64,000 bases of DNA. Origin: Pholidichthys leucotaenia. Lineage: Eukaryota. Where the stretch lies: NCBI GenBank assembly GCA_020510985.1, contig CM035838.1, positions 342,451,700 to 342,515,699 on the forward strand, given 5' to 3'. Below, piece after piece: positions 14,201-24,707 of this stretch; within the stretch, counting starts at the first letter, position 1; every line of letters begins with the position of its first letter. The notes beneath the pieces were generated by a model. It did not search any database and was not told the DNA's origin. It saw only the letters and a program-made list of their open reading frames with translations. Both the position numbers and the translations under genes were made by a program.

Positions 14201-14542
14201 TCATAAAAAACGGCTCTTTGATCCTAGGACATTTCTTCACTCTCCCTCGTGTGAGACTATATGATTCATGCCTTACATGTGACCATTGATTTCCATCACA
14301 CAAACAATTTCTCTGGAGTTTAAATTTTTATTCCCCATAAAATTTGGAGGTCGGCTATACCCCTTAATCAGACAACTGTAAATTTAGTATGGCCAAAGTG
14401 CAGAAATTTGTGTAAAAAAAAAAAAAAGGTTTTCTGCTTACCTTTTTGTTTAAGGTGCCACAGTTGTCTAAGAAAGGGTCCTTCCAATCTGTTCCGGACT
14501 CGCCTCAGAATAAGTCAGTCTGGGTCACAGCACCAAAATTGT

Positions 14543-15095
14543 TAAAACCCCCGATTCTTTGATTGAAAGATCCAAGAATAAGCCAGTGAATTCTTCTGAG
14601 ATACAATATTTATTCAGAGGTTGCATGTAAAGTAAGCAGTGCTGGGTTCAGTGGGACACAGCTCCCTCGGGAACATCGTCAGACTGACCCCGACTTCCAG
14701 GTACAACTTACATTTGACTTTGTGGGTTGGGCCAACCTTGTACAATAGGATGGACTTGTACACAACCGCTGACTGGCCAGTTTAACTCTGACGTGAACAT
14801 ACCATCTGCTATTCACGTTAACTATCCCCTAAGATGTATTATGAAAATGTGTGTGTGTGTGTGAGTGTTGATTTGGGTGTGTAACAAATGCAATAGACCT
14901 GACTAAGAGACTGGAGAAAGAGAAGAGGGCTCTGAGGCCACGCCTGATTCCTGTTTATCAGATTGTGATTGCTTAACACTTCGATTTGTAGTTTAACACT
15001 TTTAACATATTTGTTCATAAGAATGTAAACAAAATATGTGTAGAGCATAATGGGAGATTGCCTACAGAATTATTATTTTGGCACTCTAACTTTTC
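14543..15095. repeat. Unclassified interspersed repeat (copy 2 of the 745..1256 family)
   Basis: Aligns to 745..1256. Ends exactly where the Rex1-like RT ORF begins. Confidence 0.55.
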
Positions 15096-16121
15096 ATGAC
15101 CCTTTCAACCTGCTTTGAGACCACCAGCTACAGTGCAGAGAGGAGACACACACCCATACACCCTCCCCCTCCACTAACAGTCTCAACAGGCCAGGTAAAC
15201 AAAGCACTGAGGAATATCAACCCCCGCAAGGCAGCAGGACCAGACAACATCCCTGGGCGGGCCCTCAGAGCATGCACTGCTGAGCTGACCGATGTCCTCA
15301 CATCCATCATCAACCTCTCCCTCAACCAGAACATAGTCCCCTCTTGCTTCAAAACCACAACCATCATCCCTCTCCCCAAAAGGAGCCCGCCGACCTGTCT
15401 GAATGAATACAGACTGGTAGCACTCACTCCACTTATCATGAAGTTCTTCAAGAGAGTGGTGCTGCCCCTCATTCAGGACAGCATACCGGATACCCTAGAC
15501 CCCCTGCAGTACACCTGCCAGCCCAACAGGTTCACCTCAGATGCCATTGCTGCAGCACTCCATTACTCTCTCTCCCACCTGGAAGATAAAGACTCCTACA
15601 TTAGGATGCTCTTTGTGAACTACAGCTCCACCTTCAACACGGTCATCCCCCACAAACTCACCGACAAACTGTCTTCACTTGGCCTGCACCCCACCCTCTG
15701 CAGCTGGCTACTGGACTTTCTAACTGGCAGGCCCCAGTCTGTCAGGATGGGTAACAGGACTTCAGCCAGCATCATCACGAACACAGGTGTCCCACAGGGT
15801 TGTGTTCTCAGCCCCAACCTCTACAGCCTCTTCACCCATGACTGTGCTGCCTCCCACAAGGACAATATCATCTTAAAGTTCGCAGATGACACAGCAGTGA
15901 TAGGACGCATCACTAGTGACGACAAGACATCCTACAGGAGGGAGGTGGCCAGCCTGGTGTCATGGTGTCCATCCATCCATCCATCCATCTTCTACCGCTT
16001 TTCTGGAGGTCCGGGTCGCGGAGGCAGCTGTTCAACGAGAGAAGCCCAGACTTCCCTCTCCCCAGCCACCTGCTCCAGCTCTTCAGAGAGAAGGTGTTCC
16101 CAGACCAGCTGGGAGACATAG
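15096..16121 (+). CDS. LINE RT, N-terminal part
   Basis: 'INPRKAAGPDNIPGRALRAC', 'GVPQGCVLSPNLYSLFTHDC', 'FADDTAVIG'. Confidence 0.8.
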   Translation: MTLSTCFETTSYSAERRHTPIHPPPPLTVSTGQVNKALRNINPRKAAGPDNIPGRALRACTAELTDVLTSIINLSLNQNIVPSCFKTTTIIPLPKRSPPTCLNEYRLVALTPLIMKFFKRVVLPLIQDSIPDTLDPLQYTCQPNRFTSDAIAAALHYSLSHLEDKDSYIRMLFVNYSSTFNTVIPHKLTDKLSSLGLHPTLCSWLLDFLTGRPQSVRMGNRTSASIITNTGVPQGCVLSPNLYSLFTHDCAASHKDNIILKFADDTAVIGRITSDDKTSYRREVASLVSWCPSIHPSIFYRFSGGPGRGGSCSTREAQTSLSPATCSSSSERRCSQTSWET

Positions 16122-16637
16122 TCTCTCCAGTGAGTCCTGGGTCTGCCCCGGGGTCTCCTCCCACTGGGACGTGCCCGAAACACCTCATGTGGGAGGCGTC
16201 CAGGAGGCATCCTGATCAGAAGCCCATACCACCTCAACTGGCTCTTTTCAATGTGGAGGAGCAGCGGTTCTACTCTGAACCGCTCCCGGATGACTGAGCT
16301 CCTCACCCTATCTCTGAGGGTGAGTCCAGCAATCCTACGGAGAAAGCTCATTTCAGCCGTTTGTATCCGTGATTTCGTTCTTTCGGTCATTACCCAAAGC
16401 TCGTGACCACAGGTGAGAGTAGGAACGTAGATTGACTGGTAAATCGACAGCTTTGCCTTAGAACTCAGCTCCCTCTTCACCACAACAGACCGGTACAACG
16501 TCTGCATCACTGCAGATGCTGCTCCAAGCCGTCTGTCAATCTCTCGCTCCATTCTCCCCTCACTCGTGAATAAGACCCCAAAATACTTAAACTCCTCCAC
16601 CTGGGGCAGGAGCCTGTCCCCAACCCGGAGAGGACAA
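15969..16637 (-). mobile_element. 5'-truncated L2-clade LINE 3' fragment nested in the Rex1 LINE; 13-bp TSD GGTGTCATGGTGT
   Basis: ORF 15992..16645 is the RT C-terminus. It ends in an (ATGG)n tail ('ccatccatccatccatcttctaccgc'). The direct repeat GGTGTCATGGTGT sits at 15956-15968 and 16638-16650. Removing the insert restores 'VSWCEDGNLTLN'. Confidence 0.75.
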
Positions 16638-16779
16638 GGTGTCATGGTGTGAGGACGGCAATCTCACCCTCAACACGGACAAGTCAAAGGAGATGAGAAT
16701 GGACATGAGGAAGAGGAGGAGGAGACCCATCAGCCGCTGTTCATCTGGGAGCTTGAGATGGAGAGGGTGAGCAGCTTTA

Positions 16780-17678
16780 CCATATTTTCAGGACTCTAAG
16801 TCACACTTTTTTTCATAGTCTGGCTAGGGGTGCGACTTATATATTAAAACATTTCACATGTTCGTTATTTTCACACTGACAGCCGCGAGAGGGCACTCTA
16901 GGCTTGTGTACCAGCATCTGCTGCACCTGTACCACTGACAATTTAAAATGTAAACATTACCGGTAACAACTTAGGCTATAAAGACAACTGAGAAAGACCG
17001 AACACAAATGCCCCCCAAAAGAAAATCATATTCTGCAGATTACATGCTGCAAATAGTGAAATATGCAGCCGAAAATGGTAATCGAGCAGCAGAAAGAAAG
17101 TTTGGAGTGAGCGAGAAACTTGTGAGGGACTGGCGGAAAGCAGAGGTTACTCTTACTGCAATGAAGAAAACAAAAAAAGCTAATCACGGGCTAAAAGCTA
17201 GATGGCCACAGCTAGAGGAACGAGTTCACAAATGGGTGCTTGAACAACGTGCTGCCGGGAGAGGCTTGTCAACGGTGCAGTTACGTCTCCACGCTCAGGT
17301 AGTTGCCAAGGAGATGAATATATATAAATGACTTTGCGGAAGGACCTTCCTGGTGTTACCGCTTCATGCAACGCAAAAGCCTCTCCATCAGAGCACGGAC
17401 AACGATGTCCCAAAAACTGCCAGCAGACTTCCAAGCCAAGGAATAACCATCAGTGTGTTACGTTAGCATACCGCACACCTATTCAGCCTGCTGTTCTCTA
17501 TTCTATTATTACTATAATTTGCCTTTCAAGATGAAATGTCTGTTCTTGGTGTCGGATTTTGTAAAATATATTTCCCCCAAAAAGTGTGACTTATATACAT
17601 TTTTTTCTTCTTCATTATGCATTTTTTTGGCTTGTGCGACTTATACTCCGGAGCGACTTATAGTCCGGAAAATACGGT
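16780..17678 (+). mobile_element. Non-autonomous pogo/Tigger-like DNA transposon nested in the Rex1 RT
   Basis: ~26-bp TIRs (CCATATTTTCAGGACTCTAAGTCACAC / rc ACCGTATTTTCCGGACTATAAGTCGC). Removing it restores the LINE frame 'VSSFKILGH'. Carries a psq/CENP-B HTH ORF. Confidence 0.6.
17008..17331 (+). CDS. psq/CENP-B-type HTH DNA-binding domain (pogo/Tigger transposase N-terminus), 107 aa
   Basis: 'PKRKSYSADYMLQIVKYAAENGNRAAERKFGVSEKLVRDWRK'. Confidence 0.6.
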   Translation: MPPKRKSYSADYMLQIVKYAAENGNRAAERKFGVSEKLVRDWRKAEVTLTAMKKTKKANHGLKARWPQLEERVHKWVLEQRAAGRGLSTVQLRLHAQVVAKEMNIYK

Positions 17679-17792
17679 AGATACTAGGGCATCCACAACA
17701 GCGATGACCTTACATGGACACACAACACCACAGAGCTGGTTAAGAGAGCTCAATAGTGGCTGTACTTTCTCAGGAGGCTGAAGAAGTTTGGC

Positions 17793-18140
17793 ATGTCCCC
17801 CAGGATCCTCAACAACTTCTACAGCTGCATCATCGAGAGCATCCTGACTAACTGCATCACTTTGTGGTATGGCAGCACCACTGCCCTGGACTGCAAACGC
17901 CGCCAAAGAGTGGTGAAGACAGTGGAGAAGACCATCAGGACTCCACTCCCCTCTCTGCAGAGCATCTACCACTGCAGAGTCCAAAGGAGAGCTGATGCCA
18001 TCCTCCGAGACCCCACCCACCCCCAGCACAGAATGGTCACACTTCTACCCTCAGGCCGGAGGTACAGAAGTGTGAAATACAGGACAACCAGACTGAAAAA
18101 CTCCTTCTTTCCCACTGCCATCAGACTCCTGAACAAATAA
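17793..18140 (+). CDS. Rex1-like LINE RT, C-terminal end
   Basis: 'GMSPRILNNFYSCIIESILTNCITLWYG…FFPTAIRLLNK'. Confidence 0.75.
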   Translation: MSPRILNNFYSCIIESILTNCITLWYGSTTALDCKRRQRVVKTVEKTIRTPLPSLQSIYHCRVQRRADAILRDPTHPQHRMVTLLPSGRRYRSVKYRTTRLKNSFFPTAIRLLNK

Positions 18141-18369
18141 ACTCCCAAAATTCCGCAACACAGCTTTGCAAATAGTAACTCACACACCGGTTGCTAAATT
18201 AGCACATTTGTACAGTGTACATAGTCTCACCCCATCTGATGTCCATATCAACTCTGCTGCTAATTGTCATATACAGTCTACTGGTATTATCATTACAGAG
18301 AAATTCGCACACTGGGTGCTAATTTGTAATTTGTATACTGCTCATTTGCACACTGTACATAGGCTTATG

Positions 18370-18657
18370 CTGTGGAGAGTGTAAATAACGAGACTGATTC
18401 ATGAAGCAGACGACTTTATTCACTCTCTCATCAGTCATACACAGGAAAAGCATGTCTCAATACACCATGGGTTCTCCTTTTATACAAACCGCTCATCTCA
18501 CATTTGCATGACATTTAACATCACAATACATTCATCCTTTCTCACCCCAACTCCTTCTTCCTGCTATCTCACCATGATCTCCCTAGCTATTGTTCTCCTC
18601 TGTTTACCCTCTGCATCCAGTCTGAGATGATTAACCCAGTCTCTACACCTCTCTATA
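18370..18657 (-). repeat. Copy A 3' LTR
   Basis: Matches 22702..22771 plus 31579..31798. Confidence 0.75.
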
Positions 18658-18692
18658 CGCCCCCCCCCCCCCCCAGAATCTCAGACAGAGTT

Positions 18693-19661
18693 TCAGTCCT
18701 CACGTCCTTTTGGCTTCATTCTGCTCCCATATCTGCTGTAACGGGGGTTCTCCGCCTCCGCGGCGTTGCTGTGCCAGCGGGGGGCTCCTGGGGGTGTGTC
18801 TGTCTGCGGGTCGGTCATGGCGAGGGGGGAGGAAACTTCGATTTGCCCGTGTGGCTGCTCTGATGAATCGTTTACCTGGGGAGTTCTCTGTGGGGGTCTT
18901 CCACGCCGAGGGGCCCGAGCCAACAGCACTTGCTCATCCACCACTACAAAGGCGGGCTTAAATCTGTCTATGCATATTTTCTCCCGACGACCCCCCAAGT
19001 CTAACAAAAAATGTTTGTCCCCTGGTTCCAGCACTCTGAACGGGCCATTGTAGGGTGGGCGCAATGGAGGGCGGTGGGCATCGTGCCTGACAAACACAAA
19101 TGCCACGTTCTTCAAAGTTTTTGGCACAAAAGCACGTGGAAAACAGTGGTGGGCCGGGCCTGGCAGCGTGCCTGTGTCTGCACTATGCTGCAAACGCTGA
19201 GAAGGGCAGCTGTCCGGCGCAGGATTATCTGGCAAAAATTCCCCAGGCAGCCGCAGTGGCTGAGAAAAAACAAGCTCTGCCGGGGAAGCCTCCAATTCCT
19301 CTTTTGGTGCGGAACGCAACCCAAATAAAACCCACGGCAACCGGTCTACCCAATTTGCATCCGTCAGCAAAGCCCTGAGCGCTGCTTTCAGTGACCTATG
19401 AAAACACTCTTATAACCCATTGGCCTGTGGGTTGTACGCGGTTGTGCGATGAATTGCAACACCCAGGCTGCGGGCCATCGTGGACCACAGGTCGGAAACA
19501 AACTGAGGGCCCCTGTCGGACGTGATGTCCGAAGGGATTCCAAAACGCGCCACCCATGTCGTCAAAAAAGCGCGCTCCACATCTGCAGACGTGGTTGCCG
19601 CCAGCAGGACTGCTTCTGGCCAGCGTGGGTGCGGCCCACCACTGTCAGAAGGTGCGTGCAC
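18693..19661 (-). CDS. Copy A integrase (core and C-terminus), with frameshifts
   Basis: '[21 protein letters not shown]…AYNPQANGL', '[32 protein letters not shown]'. Confidence 0.75.
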
Positions 19662-19843
19662 CCCTGCGATGGCGGGAGGGGGCCCACGAGGTCCACGTGA
19701 ACATGGTTGAACCGCTTAGCTGGTATACGAAACGGCTCCAAAGGAGCCTTCGTGTGTCTGTGTACTTTGGCTCGTTAGCACGCTACGCAGGCTGCAGCCC
19801 ACTCTTTCACTTGTTTGCGCAGGCCTGGCCACACGAACTTCGC

Positions 19844-21934
19844 TCACACCATTTTGACTGACGTGCGCACTCCTGGGTGCGCCAGAGCGTGAACTGACTC
19901 AAACACGCGGCGGCGCCACGCGACTGGGACCACTGAGCGCGGGCGTCCCGTGGAGACGTCGCAGATTAGGGGGGCTTGCTGTCTTGCAGTACTCTGCTCT
20001 CCAGCCTTAACCCTGTTGGTCCAGACTGGAGACTGGAGCGTGCGCATGTCCATATCGCTAAGCTGCTCTGCGGCCATGGCTGTGTAATCTATCCCCACGC
20101 AGACCGGGGCCACTACTGCGCGCGAGAAGCAGTCCGCCACCACATTCAGTTTACCCGACACATGCTGAATATTGGTCGTAAACTCCGAGATCGTGGCCAG
20201 CTGTCTCTGCTGCCGGCCCGACCATGGTTCCGAAACCTTGGCCATCGCGAAGTCAACGGCTTGTGGTCCACGAACGCGGTGAAGCTGCACCCTTCCAGCC
20301 AGAACTGGAAGTGGCGTATGGCCAGGTGGAGAGCCAGCAACTCTCTGTCGAACGCGCTGTATTTACGCTCACTGTCGCGCAAAGCCCTGCTGAAAAAAGC
20401 GAGCGGCTGCCAAGAACCAGCAACACGTTGTTCCACGACAGCCCCTATGGCCACGTCCGAGGCGTTGGTACTGAGCGCTATCCGGGCCGCCGGGTCTGGG
20501 TGCGCCAACAGTGCGGCATTTGCCAGGGCTGTTTTAACCTCAGAGAATGCCTGCTCTCGCTCCGGAGTCCATTCGACTCTATCCGCCAGTTTCCGTCTCT
20601 TGAGCGCGGCGTACAATGGCTGCATGAGTTGAGCTGCCCGGGGGAGGAACCGGTTATAAAAATTAACCATCCCCAAAAATTCTTGCAGCGCGCTGACCGC
20701 CTGAGGCTGGGGAAAATTCGCCACGGCGCGCACTTTGTCGGGCAAGGGTATCGCTCCCTCTGGTGAGACGCGGTGCCCCAAAAAATCAATCCTCGTCACA
20801 TCGAACTGGCATTTCGCCGGGTTGATTATTAACCAGTGCTCCTTCAACCTCCGGAAAACCGTCGTGAGGTGGGTTACATGTTCGTCCTCGGACCCACTGG
20901 CCACCAGGATGTCATCCAGGTAGACGAACACAAACGGGAGATCGCGCAACACCACATCCATCATGCGTTGGAATGTCTGTGCCGCTCCTTTTAATCCGAA
21001 GGGCATGCGTAAAAACTCAAAACAAGCCAAACGGAGTTATTACCACTGTTTTGGGTACATCCTCCGTGCGCACTGGGACCTGGTGGTAACCACGGACCAG
21101 GTCTATTTTAGAAAAAATGCGTGCTCCGGCGAGGTGAACGGAAAAATCCTGAATATGGGGAATCGGGTAGCGGTCGTGCGCTGTGGCATTATTCAATCTG
21201 CGGAAATCACCGCATGGTCGCCACGATCCCTCGGCCTTAGGGACCATGTGTAGTGGGGATGCCCATGTGCTGTTCGATCGCCTGATGATGCCCAACCTTT
21301 TCAGGTTGGCAAACTCCTCACGCGCTATAGCCAGTTTAGCTGCGTCCAAGCGGCAAGGCCGTGCGAAAACGGCCGGCCCAGTGGTGGTGATAAAGTGTTC
21401 CACCTCGTGTTTAGTGATGGCCGCCGAATACGTCGGGACCGTGAGTGCTGGAAACTGAGTGAGCAGTGTGTGGAACTTACCGTCTGGAGCCGTGACGCTG
21501 GCTTGTGTTATTGGCCCGGCCCCTCGAGCTGTACAGGGGAGAGAATCAAAAGACAGTGCATTAACCAGGCGCCTGTTAGCCACATCAACTAGTAACCCAT
21601 GTGCACACAGAAAATCAGCTCCCAGGATTGGGAAACTCAGTGCCGCTATGACAAAAGTCCACTCGTACATACGGCCGTGTAGGGATAAAGTCAGTGTTCT
21701 CTCACCAAAAGTCTTAATGCCCGAGCCGTTTACTGCTACCAGCCCGGGGTTGCTAGGTCCTGCCAGCCGGTCGGTGTAGGATGGCAGGATGATGCTCTTC
21801 TGGGCTCCAGTGTCTACAAGGAAGCGTCTCCCCGAGCGCAAGTCCGTCACGTAGAGCAGCTTGTTCTCTTCACCAGCGGTCACAGCTGCTCCCGACTGCC
21901 GACCTTGGTGTTTCCTGAGCGCTTGAATTGGCAC
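19844..21934 (-). CDS. Copy A protease, RT and RNase H (several ORFs, frameshifted)
   Basis: Protease 'FLVDTGAQKSIILPS'. RT '[35 protein letters not shown]' and 'VFVYLDDILVAS'. RNase H region '[25 protein letters not shown]'. Confidence 0.8.
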
Positions 21935-22680
21935 GGTGGCACAGATTTGCGTGCGTTCTTTCCGAAGTGGCGGTGGTAGAAGCAGAGCATGTCTCTCTGG
22001 CGCTCCCTGGCCCCCACTGCCGCTACCGTTGGTGGCTTCTCGCCTCCGCTGGTCGTCTCGCTGGGTTCCGACACCGCCGCGTTCACTGTGAGGGCTCTGG
22101 TGGTGAGGATGAGCCGATCTGCCTCCTGGGCTAGTGCATGGTAGTCACGTGCGGCCAGCAACAGCGAATTGGCAAGAACCGCTCTGGCCACTGTTGGGAG
22201 GTTCCGGAGGAAAAGGTGGGCAAACAGAAAATGCCCGTCGTCCGTACCCATTAACGCCAACATCTTCTCCATCAGTTCAACCGCCGAACCATCTCCTAAC
22301 TCGGAGTGCCTCAAGAGCCTCTCTGCTCTCTCACAGTCCGAGAGCGTGTAGCGTCGGGTCAGCGCAGCCTTGAGAGCCTCGTATTTGTCGTGGGCTGGAG
22401 GCTGTTCGAGCAGGCTCGCTACTTACTGAGACGTGCGAGCGTCCAGCGTTGTGACCACATAGTAATACTTGGTGTTGTCTGCCTTTATTCCCCGGAGGGC
22501 AAACTGAGCCTTGGTGTGGTGGAACCAAGAGCGTGGGTTGTGCAGCCAAAAGTCCGGTAGTTTGACCGAAACAGCGCACGCGTTGCTGGGAGTTCCTGTC
22601 CAGGCCGTCTCTGGGATGTTTGCTGCGTCACTGGGGCTTCCCCTCCAGGCTGACTCCGGGGTTCTTTCTTCGTGTTCCAT
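21880..22680 (-). CDS. Copy A gag (N-terminal DUF1759-like motif plus a Cys knuckle), frameshifted
   Basis: 'VKLPDFWLHNPRSWFHHTKAQFALRGI'; 'CFYHRHFGKNARKSVPPCQFK'. Confidence 0.7.
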
Positions 22681-22786
22681 AATTCGTCAAATTGTCACCA
22701 GTGTGGAGAGTGTAAATAACGAGACTGATTCATGAAGAAGACGACTTTATTCACTCTCTCATCAGTCATACTAGTCCATGGGCCCA

Positions 22787-22935
22787 GACCAGATTTTTGG
22801 GTTATTGGTACCACTCAAAGAATCAGAATCAGAATCAGATTTATTGCCATTGTTCATGTAGTACACAAACTAGGAATTTGTCTCGGTGCAATGCTGCAAC
22901 ATTAAACATGATAAAATAAAAGAAATAAACTATAC
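22787..22935 (-). mobile_element. Rex1-like LINE 3' UTR with (TGATTC)n tail; the same LINE fragment continues at 27661..28750
   Basis: Minus-strand 'caataaatc(tgattc)3'. Separated from the LINE body by the copy-B insertion. Confidence 0.55.
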
Positions 22936-23564
22936 TGTAGAAGAGCTTGGAAGAACGAGGCGGTGTGATATATAAACCAAAGTTTATTATCAGCTCCTCT
23001 AACAAGTCTCATCTAAGTGCAGAAGCAGAAGCAAGAAAAGAGATCGAATACCTCCGGCTCTGTGAACTTATACTTGCACATAACAAAAGACATGCATATC
23101 AAAGGCTGACATCCCTCATTATCTTAATCCCCCCATTGTCTCCGTACTCCTCCTCATGGCCCTGGGGGGTGAGGGCAGCTCCTCCGGTCTCCACCGCAGT
23201 GTCTGGGAACGTCTTTGTTCTTCACTGGCGGTTGAGAGTCTTTGTCCTTTCTGAGGTGTGAAGTCGCCTTACATATGTAATCACCAAACATTCCCACATG
23301 CTTCAACATATGTAGGTTATGGAATATATGATTAATATAGCCCACAGCCCCCCCCCCAAACGACTAAGAAAAGGACAATAGAAAATTCACAGTTTAAGAT
23401 CATTACTATGACATACTAACTGCTATACCTCTTGCCACAGAAGAAACTTTCCAGCAGCCATGCTCCTAAGAGAGTTCAGTGGTAATCATAACAGCATAGT
23501 AAAATCACAAGTCAGTCCTAAACTGTTACAGCACAATTAGTGAACAACTGTTGAGTAGTTTGCA

Positions 23565-24707
23565 TCAGTCCCTGTGCTGTCTGGGTTTTAATCTTCTCCC
23601 GAATCTGCTGTGGGTCCGCTTAGGCGTCCTGCTGGGACCTTCCTGTAAGGAATCTGCAGCTTGGGGAGGAGAGTGATTATTTGTTCCCTGCAGGGGGGCT
23701 GAGTCTTTTCTCTTGGGGGGTCTACCCCGCCGAGGTGCTCTCGCCAACTGTGCAGGCTCATCTCTCAACAAGAAGGCAGGTTTAAGTCTGTCAATGCTGA
23801 CTGTTTCTTTTCTATCCCCAAAATCAAGCACAAAGTGTTTATCACCAGGTTCAAGCACTCTGAATGGCCCATCGTATGGTGGGCGGAAAGTTGGTTTTAA
23901 AGCTTCATGCCTAACAAAAACAAATTCAGCGTTTTTTAGAGCTTGGGGGACAAAAACCCGTGGAAAAGAGTGATGTGCCGGTCCGGGGAGAGAGTCCGGT
24001 CCGTTGCTGCCTAAAAACCTCGAGGCTGGAAGATGCCCTGGCTCTGGGTTCTCTGGTAAAAATTCACCCGGGAGCCTGAGAGGTTGTGCAAAAACTAATT
24101 CTGCAGGAGAGGCGTCTAGATCCTCTTTAGGCGCAGCACGCAACCCCAATAAAACCCAGGGAAGTTTATTTACCCAATTTGTATCCATTAGTGAGGCTCT
24201 GAGGGCGGCTTTTAAAGACCTGTGAAAACGCTCGCATAACCCATTAGCCTGAGGGTGATAAGTGGTGGTGCGGTGAATTGTTGCCCCTAAGCTGCTGGAC
24301 ATGGCTGACCAAAGCTCCGAGACAAATTGAGGTCCTCTATCGGACGTGATGTCCAATGGGACGCCGAAACGTGCCACCCAGTTTGTCAAAAAAACGCGAG
24401 CGACTTCCTCCGCTGTGGTTGCCCCCAGAGGGACTGCCTCTGGCCAGCGCGTGGTGCGGTCTATCATTGTTAACAGGTGTGTGAAACCTTGGGAGGAAGG
24501 TAGTGGCCCCACGAGGTCAACATGAACGTGGTCGAACCTTCTAGCAGGGATTGGAAAAGGCTCCAGAGGGGCTTTTGTGTGTTTGTGTATTTTGGCGCGC
24601 TGACAAGAAATGCAAGTTTTTGCCCATTCTTTTATGTTTTTGCGCAGGCCCGGCCACACAAACTTTTCGGCGACCATTTTAACCGAGGCACGCACACCTG
24701 GGTGCAC
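23565..24707 (-). CDS. Copy B integrase (380 aa)
   Basis: HHCC '[11 protein letters not shown]…[12 protein letters not shown]'. DDE '[11 protein letters not shown]…[11 protein letters not shown]…[10 protein letters not shown]'. Confidence 0.85.
   Translation of the reverse strand: MHPGVRASVKMVAEKFVWPGLRKNIKEWAKTCISCQRAKIHKHTKAPLEPFPIPARRFDHVHVDLVGPLPSSQGFTHLLTMIDRTTRWPEAVPLGATTAEEVARVFLTNWVARFGVPLDITSDRGPQFVSELWSAMSSSLGATIHRTTTYHPQANGLCERFHRSLKAALRASLMDTNWVNKLPWVLLGLRAAPKEDLDASPAELVFAQPLRLPGEFLPENPEPGHLPASRFLGSNGPDSLPGPAHHSFPRVFVPQALKNAEFVFVRHEALKPTFRPPYDGPFRVLEPGDKHFVLDFGDRKETVSIDRLKPAFLLRDEPAQLARAPRRGRPPKRKDSAPLQGTNNHSPPQAADSLQEGPSRTPKRTHSRFGRRLKPRQHRD

Larger units (their letters stand above)
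15096..18369 (+). mobile_element. Rex1/Babar-like LINE, 5'-truncated, interrupted by three nested insertions
   Basis: RT ORFs 15096..16121, 16651..16780 and 17679..18140, with the typical C-terminus 'NSFFPTAIRLLN'. The 3' UTR runs to the copy-A insertion site. Confidence 0.75.

Noticed and set aside
17008-17331. 107-aa CENP-B/psq HTH ORF as a host gene
   Set aside because: It sits inside a 0.9-kb TIR-bounded insertion that interrupts a LINE RT, and it lacks the rest of any host protein. I called it a transposase remnant.
19011-22735. Plus-strand ORFs of 60-218 aa overlapping the minus-strand pol of copy A, and similar ones over copies B and C
   Set aside because: They are antisense to clear RT/integrase coding sequence and have Arg/Gly/Ala-rich low-complexity composition. 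They lack motifs, are not conserved in-frame between copies, and are artefacts of GC-rich antisense frames.
22787-22830. Whether the left 'TIR' of X is just part of the adjacent LINE (TGATTC)n tail
   Set aside because: The 13-bp terminus and another ~25 bp recur in reverse complement 8.8 kb away. They sit exactly at the other side of the split LTR, with a duplicated TAC. A LINE tail would not produce that.
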